This document shows positions 7,466-15,876 of a stretch of DNA of 23,454 bases, piece by piece. Both the position numbers and the translations under genes were made by a program. Within the stretch, counting starts at the first letter, position 1; every line of letters begins with the position of its first letter. The stretch is from Planctomycetota bacterium. GTDB taxonomy: Bacteria; Planctomycetota; UBA11346. The notes under the pieces were generated by a model. It was not told the origin of the DNA, made no database searches, and saw only the letters and a list, made by a program, of their open reading frames with translations. The stretch lies in contig JBBQSO010000083.1 in NCBI GenBank assembly GCA_038213805.1, positions 1 to 23,454 on the forward strand, read 5' to 3'.

Positions 7466-9679
7466 TCACGCATCGGCGGTGTACTGCCCGATGCGGAAGA
7501 CCACGAACTCCGCCGGCGTGAGCGGCGCCACGCCGACCAGGCAGACCAGGCGACCGTTGTCGATGTCGTTCTGGGTCATGGTGGTGCGGTCGCAGCGCAC
7601 GAAGTAGGCCGACTTGGGGTCAGCTCCAAGCAGGTGACCATTGCGCCACTCGCTGAACAGGAAGCCGTCGACGGCGGCGGCGACGTTGGCCCACAGGCCT
7701 TCGCCATTGGGCTCGAAAACCGCCCACTGCGTGCTCTTGTCGATCGACCGCTCAAGGAACAGGAAGTAGCGCCGCACGTTGAGGTACTTCCACTCGGGAT
7801 CGCCCGACAGGGTGCGCGCGCCCCACACCAGCCGGCCGCGCCCGGGGAAGCTGCGCAGGCAGTTGATGCCGTCGGGGTTGAGCAGTTCCTGCTGGAAGCG
7901 GTTGACCTCGACCTCGAAACCGAGCGCGCCGAAGACCACATCGTTGGCCGGCGCCTTGTGCACGCCACGCTGCACGTCGGTGCGCGCGTAGAGCCCGGCG
8001 ATGAAGCCGGACGGCGGCACGGTGATCTCCTCGCGCACGCCACTGGGATCGGCGATGCGCACCCACGGGTAGTAGAGGGCGAGCCGCGAGTCGCTGAAGT
8101 TCGAACGCCACGCCCGCACGTCGCCGATGGTCTGGCCGTGGCGGCTGTCGACGATGCCGACGCGGTAGCGCATCTTGTTGACGTGCTTCTGCACCTCGAG
8201 CACCACGCCCTGGTGGCCGACCAGGTCGAGCATCGCCGCCGCCGGGGTGAGCACGATCGCGATATCCTCGATGCTCTCAAAGGCGGTCAGGCCGGTGTCG
8301 CCCTTGGCCGAGTCGCTTTCGCCGGCGTAGTCGACGGGTACCGCCGGCGCACCGTCGGTGCCGCCGCTCAGGGCGATCAGGTAGCGCGGCCCGGCGACCG
8401 GGTCGATGGCGGTGGTCAGGGCCGGCGCGTCGAACAGCGTGCGCAGCGCCTCCAGCACCTGCGCGGTGGTCGGCGCCGCGAGATCGGCGCGCCGGACCAG
8501 TGCCGCGAGCGGGCTGGTCAGCGCGGCAGCGTGGCTGCCCGGGTGTTCCAGCAGGCGCGCCGCGAGCGCGTCGTCAGCGCCCGGATCGAGGGTGAGATTG
8601 GCGTAGGTCCACACCACCTCGCCGTCACGGTCGTCGACGTCGACCGCCGTGCCGGTGCCCAGGCGCCGGCGCACGTCCAGATCGAAGCTGCGTTGCACCA
8701 CCAGCGAGCCCACCTGCGCGCGCGCCGCAGCCAGCGCCGCGAGCGGCAGGGTGAGGTCGGCCGGCAGCAGCGGATTGAGCGCCTTGGGCACGGTCAGCAC
8801 ACTGCCCAAGGCATCGATCGTGCCGACCAGGCGGGTGAGACCACCGAGATCGCCGAGCACCGCGGTCAACCCCTGTGGCGCACCGCTCCCGGACAGGCGC
8901 AGTTCGGCCGGAGTCCCGTCGGTCAGCGCGCCACTGGTCGGCGGCTTGGCGTAGCCGCGGATGAAGCGGACCCCTGCGGGCAGGTTCGCCGCCGCGATGG
9001 TGGTGTTGGCGGCGAGGGCAACCGGCGCACCGGTATCGACGCGCGTCACCGCGACCCGCGCGGCATCGGGCGTATAGGTGGCCGCATCGGTGCGCACCGC
9101 GACCATCTGCAGGTTGAGCATATCGGTAGCCACCACACCGTTCGGCAGCGCGGACAGCGCAGACGCCGGCGCGATGCCGCTGATCAGCGTGGTGTCGCCG
9201 ATCTTCGGAGTGACGCTCTCGAAGCGCGCCAGGTTCTCGCTGTCGCGCCACACCAGCTCAAGCAGGTAGTTCCCGGCGCGCCCCGGGAAGCGCGCGCGGA
9301 AGGTCACGGTGGCGCCACCGGCGCCGGTGCCGCTGCGCGCTGCCAGGGCCGCGCTGGCGCCGGTGCCGTCGGCCGCGGCCTGGTTCACGCCGGCGAGGAC
9401 GCGCGAGACGAACAGCTGCTTGCCACCATTATCAAAAAAGGCGCGCGCGGCGATCGCGGTCTGGTTGGCGACCGGGCCGTCGCCGAAGTCAAGATCGGCG
9501 GCGTCGCCGTAGGTACGCTCGAACTCGGTGACGCTGGTCATCGGCTCGGGCGTGCCGCGCAGCGGGCCGGTGCGCGTCGTTCCGACGATGCCGGCGACGC
9601 TGGTGCCGACGCCTTCGATGGACTTGGCGCGGAAACTGGTCTCCTCGACGAAGACACCGGGGGCTAGGTATTCGGGCAT
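7466..9679 (-). CDS. Contractile tail sheath protein (Afp2/3-like; phage tail sheath family), 737 aa
   Basis: N-terminus MPEYLAPGVFVEE...IEGVGTSVAGIVG...AFFDNGGK. C-terminus ALYYPW...VPPSGFIAGLYARTDVQRGVHKAPAN...QELLNPDGINCLR.FPGRG..VWGARTLS.DPEWKYLNVRR...WAVFEPN...PAEFVVFRIGQ. GGAGG RBS before ATG 9679. Confidence 0.98.
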   Translation of the reverse strand: MPEYLAPGVFVEETSFRAKSIEGVGTSVAGIVGTTRTGPLRGTPEPMTSVTEFERTYGDAADLDFGDGPVANQTAIAARAFFDNGGKQLFVSRVLAGVNQAAADGTGASAALAARSGTGAGGATVTFRARFPGRAGNYLLELVWRDSENLARFESVTPKIGDTTLISGIAPASALSALPNGVVATDMLNLQMVAVRTDAATYTPDAARVAVTRVDTGAPVALAANTTIAAANLPAGVRFIRGYAKPPTSGALTDGTPAELRLSGSGAPQGLTAVLGDLGGLTRLVGTIDALGSVLTVPKALNPLLPADLTLPLAALAAARAQVGSLVVQRSFDLDVRRRLGTGTAVDVDDRDGEVVWTYANLTLDPGADDALAARLLEHPGSHAAALTSPLAALVRRADLAAPTTAQVLEALRTLFDAPALTTAIDPVAGPRYLIALSGGTDGAPAVPVDYAGESDSAKGDTGLTAFESIEDIAIVLTPAAAMLDLVGHQGVVLEVQKHVNKMRYRVGIVDSRHGQTIGDVRAWRSNFSDSRLALYYPWVRIADPSGVREEITVPPSGFIAGLYARTDVQRGVHKAPANDVVFGALGFEVEVNRFQQELLNPDGINCLRSFPGRGRLVWGARTLSGDPEWKYLNVRRYFLFLERSIDKSTQWAVFEPNGEGLWANVAAAVDGFLFSEWRNGHLLGADPKSAYFVRCDRTTMTQNDIDNGRLVCLVGVAPLTPAEFVVFRIGQYTADA

Positions 9680-9701
9680 GGATCCTCCGTGGACGCGGCG
9701 T

Positions 9702-10619
9702 TCAGGGTTGCTGGACGAGCAGGGTGGTGATGAGGGCGGTGTCGAGGCGCTGGCGGCGCCCCGGCGCGAAAGTGAATGGCAGGGTGCCGAGCCAGTGCAC
9801 AGCGCCGCCCGGCTGGCGACCGACCGGATCGCCGAGCATGCGCGCAGGCAGCGCATCGGGGTCAGGCGGCGCCGGTGGCGACCCACCAGACGGCTGCGCG
9901 CGTACGCTCAGGCGCGCCGCGTAGCCGGCCAGGCCGGACGGCGTGGGCGGGATGCGCCCCGGCGCGATGACCAGGTCGCCGTGCGCGTCAGCCATGGCGC
10001 GGAAGGTGCGCGTCAACCCGGGCGCGAGGTCGATATCAAGCTGCGCCAGCGCGTAGGCCGCGGGCGTCAAGGCCAGGCCCTGATCGTCGCCGAACCACAG
10101 ACGGGCGCTGAACGTACCGGCGGTGCCCCCCGGGGTCGCGGCCGGCGCGGGCCACACCGGCAGGGTGGTGAGCGCGCCGCGCATCAGGGTGCGCGCAAAG
10201 CGCCGCGGCAACCAACGCCCAGCGGGGTCGGCGATGATCCCGGCGATGATCAGCTGCGGCCGCGCGGGCAGTGCGCGCAGGCCATCGTCGGCCGCGCCCA
10301 TGACGCTCACCTGGTCGCCGCAATCGATCGGCGCGTCGGCGGCGCGCGCCACGATGGCCAACGTCCCCGCCGGCGCCGCCAGGTCGATGAGGTCGGCGCC
10401 GTCCCGGGCGTGCGGCAGGAAGGTGGTCGACGGCGCGCTCGACAGGAAGGCCAGCCGCCCCGCGCCGATCTGCACGCGCAGTCCACGCGGCACCGCGTCG
10501 AGCGCCAGGGTGAAGGCGCCGTCGGCGCGCAGCACCGGCGAGTCCGCAGCGGCACTGCCATCGACCAGGTCGAGGGCGCCCCACGCGTGCAGCACCTGGG
10601 TGGACAGGACTTGGCTCAT
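9702..10619 (-). CDS. Hypothetical eCIS protein, 305 aa, between the Pvc16-like gene and the sheath
   Basis: ATG at 10619 overlaps the upstream stop (ATGA) and the ORF fills the operon gap. The sequence looks beta-strand/Pro-rich. No family recognised. Confidence 0.8.
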   Translation of the reverse strand: MSQVLSTQVLHAWGALDLVDGSAAADSPVLRADGAFTLALDAVPRGLRVQIGAGRLAFLSSAPSTTFLPHARDGADLIDLAAPAGTLAIVARAADAPIDCGDQVSVMGAADDGLRALPARPQLIIAGIIADPAGRWLPRRFARTLMRGALTTLPVWPAPAATPGGTAGTFSARLWFGDDQGLALTPAAYALAQLDIDLAPGLTRTFRAMADAHGDLVIAPGRIPPTPSGLAGYAARLSVRAQPSGGSPPAPPDPDALPARMLGDPVGRQPGGAVHWLGTLPFTFAPGRRQRLDTALITTLLVQQP

Positions 10620-11212
10620 CGCGCCGCCACCGGAAAGACCCGCGTGCGCGCCAACCCGCCACCGTCGTCGCGGTCCATGACCACGCGCGCGGTGCGCACC
10701 ACCCAACAGGTGGTGAGCGTGTACTTCACCGGCAGCGCATCCCAGATGCGCATCAGGTCCTCGGTCGGTATCTCCTCCGGCGCGATCTGCACCTCCTCGT
10801 CATCGCCCCAGTCCGGATCGCTGGCGCCGACCAGGCTGCCGTCGAGCACCGGCGTGGTCGCGAGCTGCTGCATGGCCCAGGTATGCAGGCCGATCTCCGC
10901 GCCGACGCTGTTGCCCCACGACATCATCATCAGGTGCAGATTGAGCGGCAATACCGGGCGCGCGGCCTGCAAACTGCCGGGCGGCGGCCGCTGCGAGGCG
11001 TTGCGGCAGGTGGGATCGACCGAAATGCGGTGCAACCACAGCCCGAGCAGCGAGCCGGTGCCCGGATCCTTGATCGCCTTGAGGTCGGCGCTGGACAGCA
11101 GCTGCACCGCGCCCATCACCGGCGAAGCGAGGCCAAGCTCCGCCGGCAGGCGCGCCTTGAGCAGGCTCTCGATCGCGAGCAGAAGGCCGGGAACGCTGCG
11201 GTAACTGCCCAA
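10616..11212 (-). CDS. Pvc16/Afp16-like (DUF4255) cap / tail-terminator protein, 198 aa
   Basis: TTG start at 11212 with a perfect AAGGAGGT Shine-Dalgarno. Motifs LGLWLHRISVDPTCRN, PVLPLNLHLMM, AMQQLATTPVL, EDLMRIWDAL match DUF4255 (LxLYxVxxxxxxRN...PLxLxLxYL...lW.al). Confidence 0.9.
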   Translation of the reverse strand: MGSYRSVPGLLLAIESLLKARLPAELGLASPVMGAVQLLSSADLKAIKDPGTGSLLGLWLHRISVDPTCRNASQRPPPGSLQAARPVLPLNLHLMMMSWGNSVGAEIGLHTWAMQQLATTPVLDGSLVGASDPDWGDDEEVQIAPEEIPTEDLMRIWDALPVKYTLTTCWVVRTARVVMDRDDGGGLARTRVFPVAAR

Positions 11213-11216
11213 GCCG

Positions 11217-11224
11217 ACCTCCTT
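11217..11224 (-). promoter_or_regulatory. Shine-Dalgarno sequence (AAGGAGGT) of the first eCIS gene
   Basis: The minus strand reads gggggAAGGAGGTcggcTTG. Confidence 0.8.
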
Positions 11225-11540
11225 CCCCCGCCGTCTGGGCGTGCATGGGCCAGGTGTCGTCGCGATGGCATCCTGCCGTGCGAGCGCCGTCCTTGGCCTG
11301 CGCCGCCCGCAGATGCGCACTGCACTTGGTGGCGCAGTACGCCCCCCGCGAGGCGAGCGACAAGAATACACCGGTGCGGAGGCGGAACCGGAAGCGGCAC
11401 CGATGTCTTCCCGGTGCGCGTCCCCGGGCGGGGCCGCGGCGGCCGGAACGAGACTCACCGTGCGCCGTACGGTTCAGCAACGAGGAAGGTCGCGCGAAGG
11501 AATCGTTTCGCCGGCTAAGCAGCGCCTCGCGATCCATCTC

Positions 11541-11594
11541 CTGCGTGACCTCGCGTGGCCCCCAAATGCGAAAGGGCCGCGCGGTATCGCGCAG
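11541..11594. terminator. GC-rich hairpin downstream of the large surface-protein gene; possible terminator or insulator
   Basis: ctgcgtga-cct-cgcgtggccc / 12-nt loop / gggccgcgcg-gta-tcgcgcag, about 33 nt after the stop at 11628. There is no U-tract, so the function is uncertain. Confidence 0.4.
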
Positions 11595-11627
11595 CCCTCG
11601 CACCGCCACCTGACGGATGCCGGGACC

Positions 11628-14600
11628 TCAGTCGCGACGGGCGCCGGGGCGCGCGACCATCAGCCGCGCGTAGGCCATCAGCAGCAACCCGAACATCAGC
11701 ACCGCCGCAAATGCTGTGCCGTGCCCACAACCACCGCCCCCACCGCCGCCGCCGCCAGTGCCACTGCTCACGACGCCGCCACCGCCACCGCCACCGCCAC
11801 CCGAGGCGTCAGGGGCGAGGACGACGCTGCCCGCCTCAGCGGTCAAAGCGTAGTTATCGGCATGCACGCCCGAAAGGCTGACGGTCAGCGGATAGGTTCC
11901 TGCTGGACTTGCAGATGTCGCGGTGGTGGTGAGCGCAGGCGTGCCGAGCAGCACGGCCGAGCCGTCCCCATCGACCGGCATCAGTCCAACGAAGTGGAAG
12001 CCCAACGGCGGAACAATGGCTCCGACCGTCGCGGTGACGGCGTCACCGGCAATGACCAGCGGTGCCTTGGCAATCACCAGCGTATCGCTCACCGAGCCGG
12101 TCACATCATTGGTGTCGACCGTTGCGACCACCGAATAGCTGCCGGCTGCCGTCGGAACCTGCGTCGCGCCATTGTAGGTGATGACCGGCGTCAGGCCGGG
12201 CTGCGCCACACTGGCGGTCGCAGCCTTGGGCGTGCCATCATAAGCCGCCGTCAGGGACCCGAGCGTCACCGTCACGACCGCCCTGGCGATCACCAGGGTC
12301 CCCGAGGCGGAGCCGGGATGGGCGGGATCGTTCACCGTCGCGTTGACGGCATAGGAACCTGCTTCGGTAGGTGCCGTTGCTGAGCCACTGTAGGTGATGT
12401 CCACCGCCAAACCGGATGGCGACGTCGTCGCCGACACGCTCTTGGGCGATCCGTCGTAGGTCGCAGCCAGTCCGGACAGGGTGATGGTCGATGGCGAGGT
12501 GGCGATGGTTTGTGTCGCATTGCCGCTGCCGATGTAGTTCGGATCCGTGACGGTGGCCACGACCGCGTGGTTGCCGATCGCCGAGGGCGGGCTGGCTGAT
12601 CCGTCATATGTGGTCGTGGTGGTCAGTCCGCTCGGTGCGGTGACGACGGTGACCTCATGCGGCTGCCCATCGAACGTCGCATTCAGGTCGGTGAAGCTCA
12701 CCGCAGCTGCGGCCCGGGCGATGGTCAGCGTGCCCGTCGCCGCGCTGCCGGTGAAATTCGGATCGGCAATCTGCACCGACACGGCGTAGGTGGCAGCATC
12801 CACAGGTACCGCGGAATCACCATTGTAGGTGACGGTGGTGGCGACGTTGGCCGGCGTGGTCGAGACCACCGCGGCATGACCATTTCCATCATAGGTAGTG
12901 CTCAGGCCCGAAAGGGCGATGGTTGCCGGCGCCGGAGCGATGGTCAGGGTGCCGGTGGCGCTGCCTGCGTAGTTGGGGCCGATCACTGTCGCCACCACGG
13001 CATAGGAGCCCACCGTCAGCGGCACCGTTGGCGACCCGCGGTAGGTCACCGTGGTCGCGAGGCCAGCCGGCGAGGTGGTGACCACCGCCGCGCGGGGTCC
13101 GCCATTGTAGGTCACCGAGAGTCCGGACAGGGACACCGTCGCTGGAGCGGGATTGATGACCAGGTTGGCCGTCCCGCTGCCCGTGTAATTGGCATCACTG
13201 ATGGTGACAATCACGGGATAGGTGGCGGCGTTGACCGGCAGTGGAGTTGAGCCGCTGTAGGTCACCGTCGTAGCAAGCCCGGTCGGCGAGGTGGTGAAGG
13301 ACGCCGCATGGCCGGAGCCATCGAAGGTCACGCTCTGGTTGAAGATCGTCACGCTCGCGGTCGCCTGGGCGATGACCAGCGTGCCGCTGACACTGCCGCT
13401 GTGGCTCGGATCAGTAACGGTCGCCACCACTGCGTGCGCACCCGCTGCCGTCGGCGCGGTCGCGGATCCGTCATACGTAATCGACGTACTCAAGCCAGGC
13501 GGGTTGGTGGTGGCGGTCACCGCGTGCGGCGAGCCATTGAACACCGCACTCAACCCCGACAGAGTGACCGTGGCGGTGGCGGTGGCTATGGTAAGCGTGC
13601 CGCTGGCTGACCCCTGATAATGAGTGTCGGTGATGGTCGACGCGACGGCGTAGGTTCCAGCCGCGCTCGGCGCGGTCGCGCTCCCCGCGTAGGTGGTGGT
13701 CAGTGCGAGGCTGGCCGGAATCGTGGTCGGGGAGATGGGCTTTGGGCTGCCATCGAAGGTGAAGGAGAGTTGGCCGAGTGCCACCGAACCCGTCGCCTTG
13801 GCGATGGTCAAGGTGGCTGATGCAGAACCCGTATAATTCGGATCGTTCGACGTCGCGGATACCGCATAAGAACCCGGCTCCACGGGCACACTGCCGCCGG
13901 CATAGGCGACTGACACCGCCACGCCCGCGGGATTGGTGGCGACACCCACCGGCTTGGCCGAACCGTCCCAGGTCGCGGAGAGGTTGGACAGCGTGATGCC
14001 GAGTGCGGCTGGCGCGATAGTCATGGTGCCGCTCGCGCTGCCGGAAAAGACCGGATCGTTCACGGTCGCAACCACTACATGAGGACCAGCATTGATCGGC
14101 AGCGTCGCTAACCCGTCATAGGTCACATCCACGGCCAAGCCGCTGGGCGAGGTCGTCACCGAAACCGCGTGCGCGGAGCCGGTGTAGGTCGTAGCGAGTC
14201 CACTCAGGGTCACTGTCGCCGGCGAGGTGTTCGGCGCGCGGGTGAACAGCCAGTCCCAGACCTTGCCGTTCTTCCAGGTGTTGACCCAGCCGGCCGTGTG
14301 GTCGGACTGCCAGAACATGGTGAAGACGCGGTTGTCATACGCGCCCGCGGCGGGCGGATCCTGCTCGGGCGGGGCCGCGCTGGGAACGGTGGTCGGGGCC
14401 GGCCAGGTCCAGGTTCCGGACCCTGGCTGATAATAGGCGGTCTCGACCAGGCCGACCGGGGTCCAGACGCTGGCATTTGCGGTCGAATCTGCGCCTGCGT
14501 AGGCTCCGGTCAGGGTCATCGACAGGCCGTTACCGGTGAGGCCACTGATGTTGTAGATGGCGTTGGTGGAATCCGAACTGAAGACGACGTTGGCGAAGGG

Positions 14601-15536
14601 CGCCGCGTCGCTGCCGGATCCCCACAACGAGGTGAAAAACGAACCCGCATTCGCCACCATGTTGTTGGCCGGCAGCGTGACGGTCGCACTGCCGTTCGTC
14701 ACCGTGGTCCCGGAGACCGTGTTGTGCAGCCCGAACGTATTGTTCGGTTTGCCATCAGCTGCCATGCGGCAGGCGTAGTGGTTGACGGTCCCGCCATAGC
14801 CGGGATACGTGGCCATCAAATCGCTGGCGCGGCCGGTGTCGGCCAGGGTCACCCGGTTCATCCAATTGATGGACGTTCGACGATTGAATTCCTGGTCAGA
14901 GAAGCAGTGCACCATCCACATGGGCAGGTGCTTAACCGCATCGAGTTCAGCTTGCGTCGACTGTTCATATGTAGAGGTAATAGGGATGATGCCAGCCAAG
15001 ACTCCCGGGTAGGTGGCGGCGAAGCGCAATGTGCCCGAGCAGCCATCGCAGAGCCCGGTCATGTAGATGCGGGTGGTATCGACGCGGTAGTTCGCCTTCA
15101 CATAGTCGATCATCGCGCGCAGCTGGGTGACGTTGTTCCAGCCCGCCGGATGCGGCGCCTGGGGGGTGATGACGATGCACGGGAAGTCGTAGTGCAGAGT
15201 CTCGATGTCGAAGAGCGGACCATGGGTGGTCATCTTGTTGTAGAGCTGATTACCGGTGTTGGTGCCATCGCCCTCCTCACCGACGCCCAGCAGCGCGAAT
15301 ACCACCGGCCAACGCTTGGTATGGTCATTCGCGTCGTAGCCCAGGGGGAGGTAATCCACATAGCCCAGCGACGGACGGGGCGTCGTCGTGTCGATGGCAT
15401 GGATGGTGACCGTGCCCTCCTTCACCCCCGGGGTGTTGGTCCAGCCATTGAAGGACACCGTCGGCTCGACTGCCCACCCCTGAGCGCAAACGCCAAAGAC
15501 GATGGCAACCACAAGGAGGAGATGACCAAGACGCAT
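11628..15536 (-). CDS. Secreted, C-terminally anchored surface protein (1302 aa): alpha/beta-hydrolase domain, 11 MBG-like Ig-fold repeats, Gly-rich/Cys CTERM-type sorting signal
   Basis: ATG 15536 with GAGGT RBS and a signal peptide (MRLGHLLLVVAIVFGVCAQGWA-VEP). Hydrolase motifs YLPLGYD...WPVVFALLGVGE...FPCIVITPQ...VDTTRIYMTGLCDG...PMWMVH. Tandem ~72-aa repeats, then GGGGCGHG, a hydrophobic helix and a basic tail. Confidence 0.9.
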   Translation of the reverse strand: MRLGHLLLVVAIVFGVCAQGWAVEPTVSFNGWTNTPGVKEGTVTIHAIDTTTPRPSLGYVDYLPLGYDANDHTKRWPVVFALLGVGEEGDGTNTGNQLYNKMTTHGPLFDIETLHYDFPCIVITPQAPHPAGWNNVTQLRAMIDYVKANYRVDTTRIYMTGLCDGCSGTLRFAATYPGVLAGIIPITSTYEQSTQAELDAVKHLPMWMVHCFSDQEFNRRTSINWMNRVTLADTGRASDLMATYPGYGGTVNHYACRMAADGKPNNTFGLHNTVSGTTVTNGSATVTLPANNMVANAGSFFTSLWGSGSDAAPFANVVFSSDSTNAIYNISGLTGNGLSMTLTGAYAGADSTANASVWTPVGLVETAYYQPGSGTWTWPAPTTVPSAAPPEQDPPAAGAYDNRVFTMFWQSDHTAGWVNTWKNGKVWDWLFTRAPNTSPATVTLSGLATTYTGSAHAVSVTTSPSGLAVDVTYDGLATLPINAGPHVVVATVNDPVFSGSASGTMTIAPAALGITLSNLSATWDGSAKPVGVATNPAGVAVSVAYAGGSVPVEPGSYAVSATSNDPNYTGSASATLTIAKATGSVALGQLSFTFDGSPKPISPTTIPASLALTTTYAGSATAPSAAGTYAVASTITDTHYQGSASGTLTIATATATVTLSGLSAVFNGSPHAVTATTNPPGLSTSITYDGSATAPTAAGAHAVVATVTDPSHSGSVSGTLVIAQATASVTIFNQSVTFDGSGHAASFTTSPTGLATTVTYSGSTPLPVNAATYPVIVTISDANYTGSGTANLVINPAPATVSLSGLSVTYNGGPRAAVVTTSPAGLATTVTYRGSPTVPLTVGSYAVVATVIGPNYAGSATGTLTIAPAPATIALSGLSTTYDGNGHAAVVSTTPANVATTVTYNGDSAVPVDAATYAVSVQIADPNFTGSAATGTLTIARAAAAVSFTDLNATFDGQPHEVTVVTAPSGLTTTTTYDGSASPPSAIGNHAVVATVTDPNYIGSGNATQTIATSPSTITLSGLAATYDGSPKSVSATTSPSGLAVDITYSGSATAPTEAGSYAVNATVNDPAHPGSASGTLVIARAVVTVTLGSLTAAYDGTPKAATASVAQPGLTPVITYNGATQVPTAAGSYSVVATVDTNDVTGSVSDTLVIAKAPLVIAGDAVTATVGAIVPPLGFHFVGLMPVDGDGSAVLLGTPALTTTATSASPAGTYPLTVSLSGVHADNYALTAEAGSVVLAPDASGGGGGGGGGVVSSGTGGGGGGGGGCGHGTAFAAVLMFGLLLMAYARLMVARPGARRD
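11817..14225 (-). repeat. Tandem array of ten ~72-aa MBG/YDG-type repeats plus one longer MBG_2-like unit
   Basis: Consensus A.ATVTLSGL..TYDG.P.....TT.P.GL...VTY.GS...P..AG.YAVVATV.D.NY.GS.SGTL.I recurs ten times. The final unit begins AKAPLVIAGD...SPAGTYPLT...NY. Confidence 0.85.
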
Positions 15537-15876
15537 GCGAACCTCGTGCTGGTGATGGCGTTGAGTTATCAGATGGTCTTCGATGCCGGCGCAAACATCC
15601 TGGGAAACAAGCCCTTGGCTCAATGGGCGTTTACCGAACCTTCCTTGGATCATCATGATGCCGGGAGAGACTATCTTCGTTTTTAGGTAGGCTACGAGGA
15701 CCCTAAGCGTCGATTGTGCCACTCATACAGCACTTGGTACCTGGAAAGGAGGCGAATTGCCCGCGAGATCATCCATTCCGTGCACGATTTCGACCGTGAC
15801 GGTCATGCATCCTGCACGGTGAGGACGAATGCACCTCGGGCCAGCCGGACGGATTGCCACTTTTACCAATGACGGC

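Larger units (their letters stand above)
1..11212 (-). other. Extracellular contractile injection system (eCIS) structural operon; left end outside the window
   Basis: Co-oriented, mostly translationally coupled Pvc16, sheath x2, tube x2, Afp7, hub, spike, gp25 and baseplate J genes. No capsid, portal or terminase genes and no T6SS membrane-complex genes in the window. Confidence 0.93.

Noticed and set aside
4210..11204. Long plus-strand ORFs (4210..6300, 7400..9667, 9528..11204 and others)
   Set aside because: Antisense shadows of well-supported minus-strand genes. Stop codons are scarce in high-GC DNA and the translations contain no recognisable motifs.
1..11212. Interpretation as a prophage tail or a T6SS
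   Set aside because: There are no head, packaging or lysis genes and no TssJLM, TssK or ClpV in the window. The single-chain sheath, gp19-type tubes, Pvc16 and Afp7 are eCIS hallmarks.
11236..11283. Possible sigma-54 promoter (TGGC...GC) for the eCIS
   Set aside because: The -24/-12 spacing is off by one in every candidate examined.
11450..11490. cgtacggttc resembling group II intron domain V
   Set aside because: The 5' arm (GAGCCG...GAAA) and the domain VI context are missing, and there is no reverse-transcriptase ORF.
11213..11609. Upstream extensions or ORFs (10616..11458 start, 10800..11609)
   Set aside because: DUF4255 similarity begins at the TTG at 11212, which has a perfect SD. The upstream translation is low-complexity.
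15537..15722. 62-aa N-terminal extension of the large surface protein
   Set aside because: ATG 15536 has a GAGGT RBS and begins a canonical signal peptide. The extension lies in lower-GC, promoter-like DNA.
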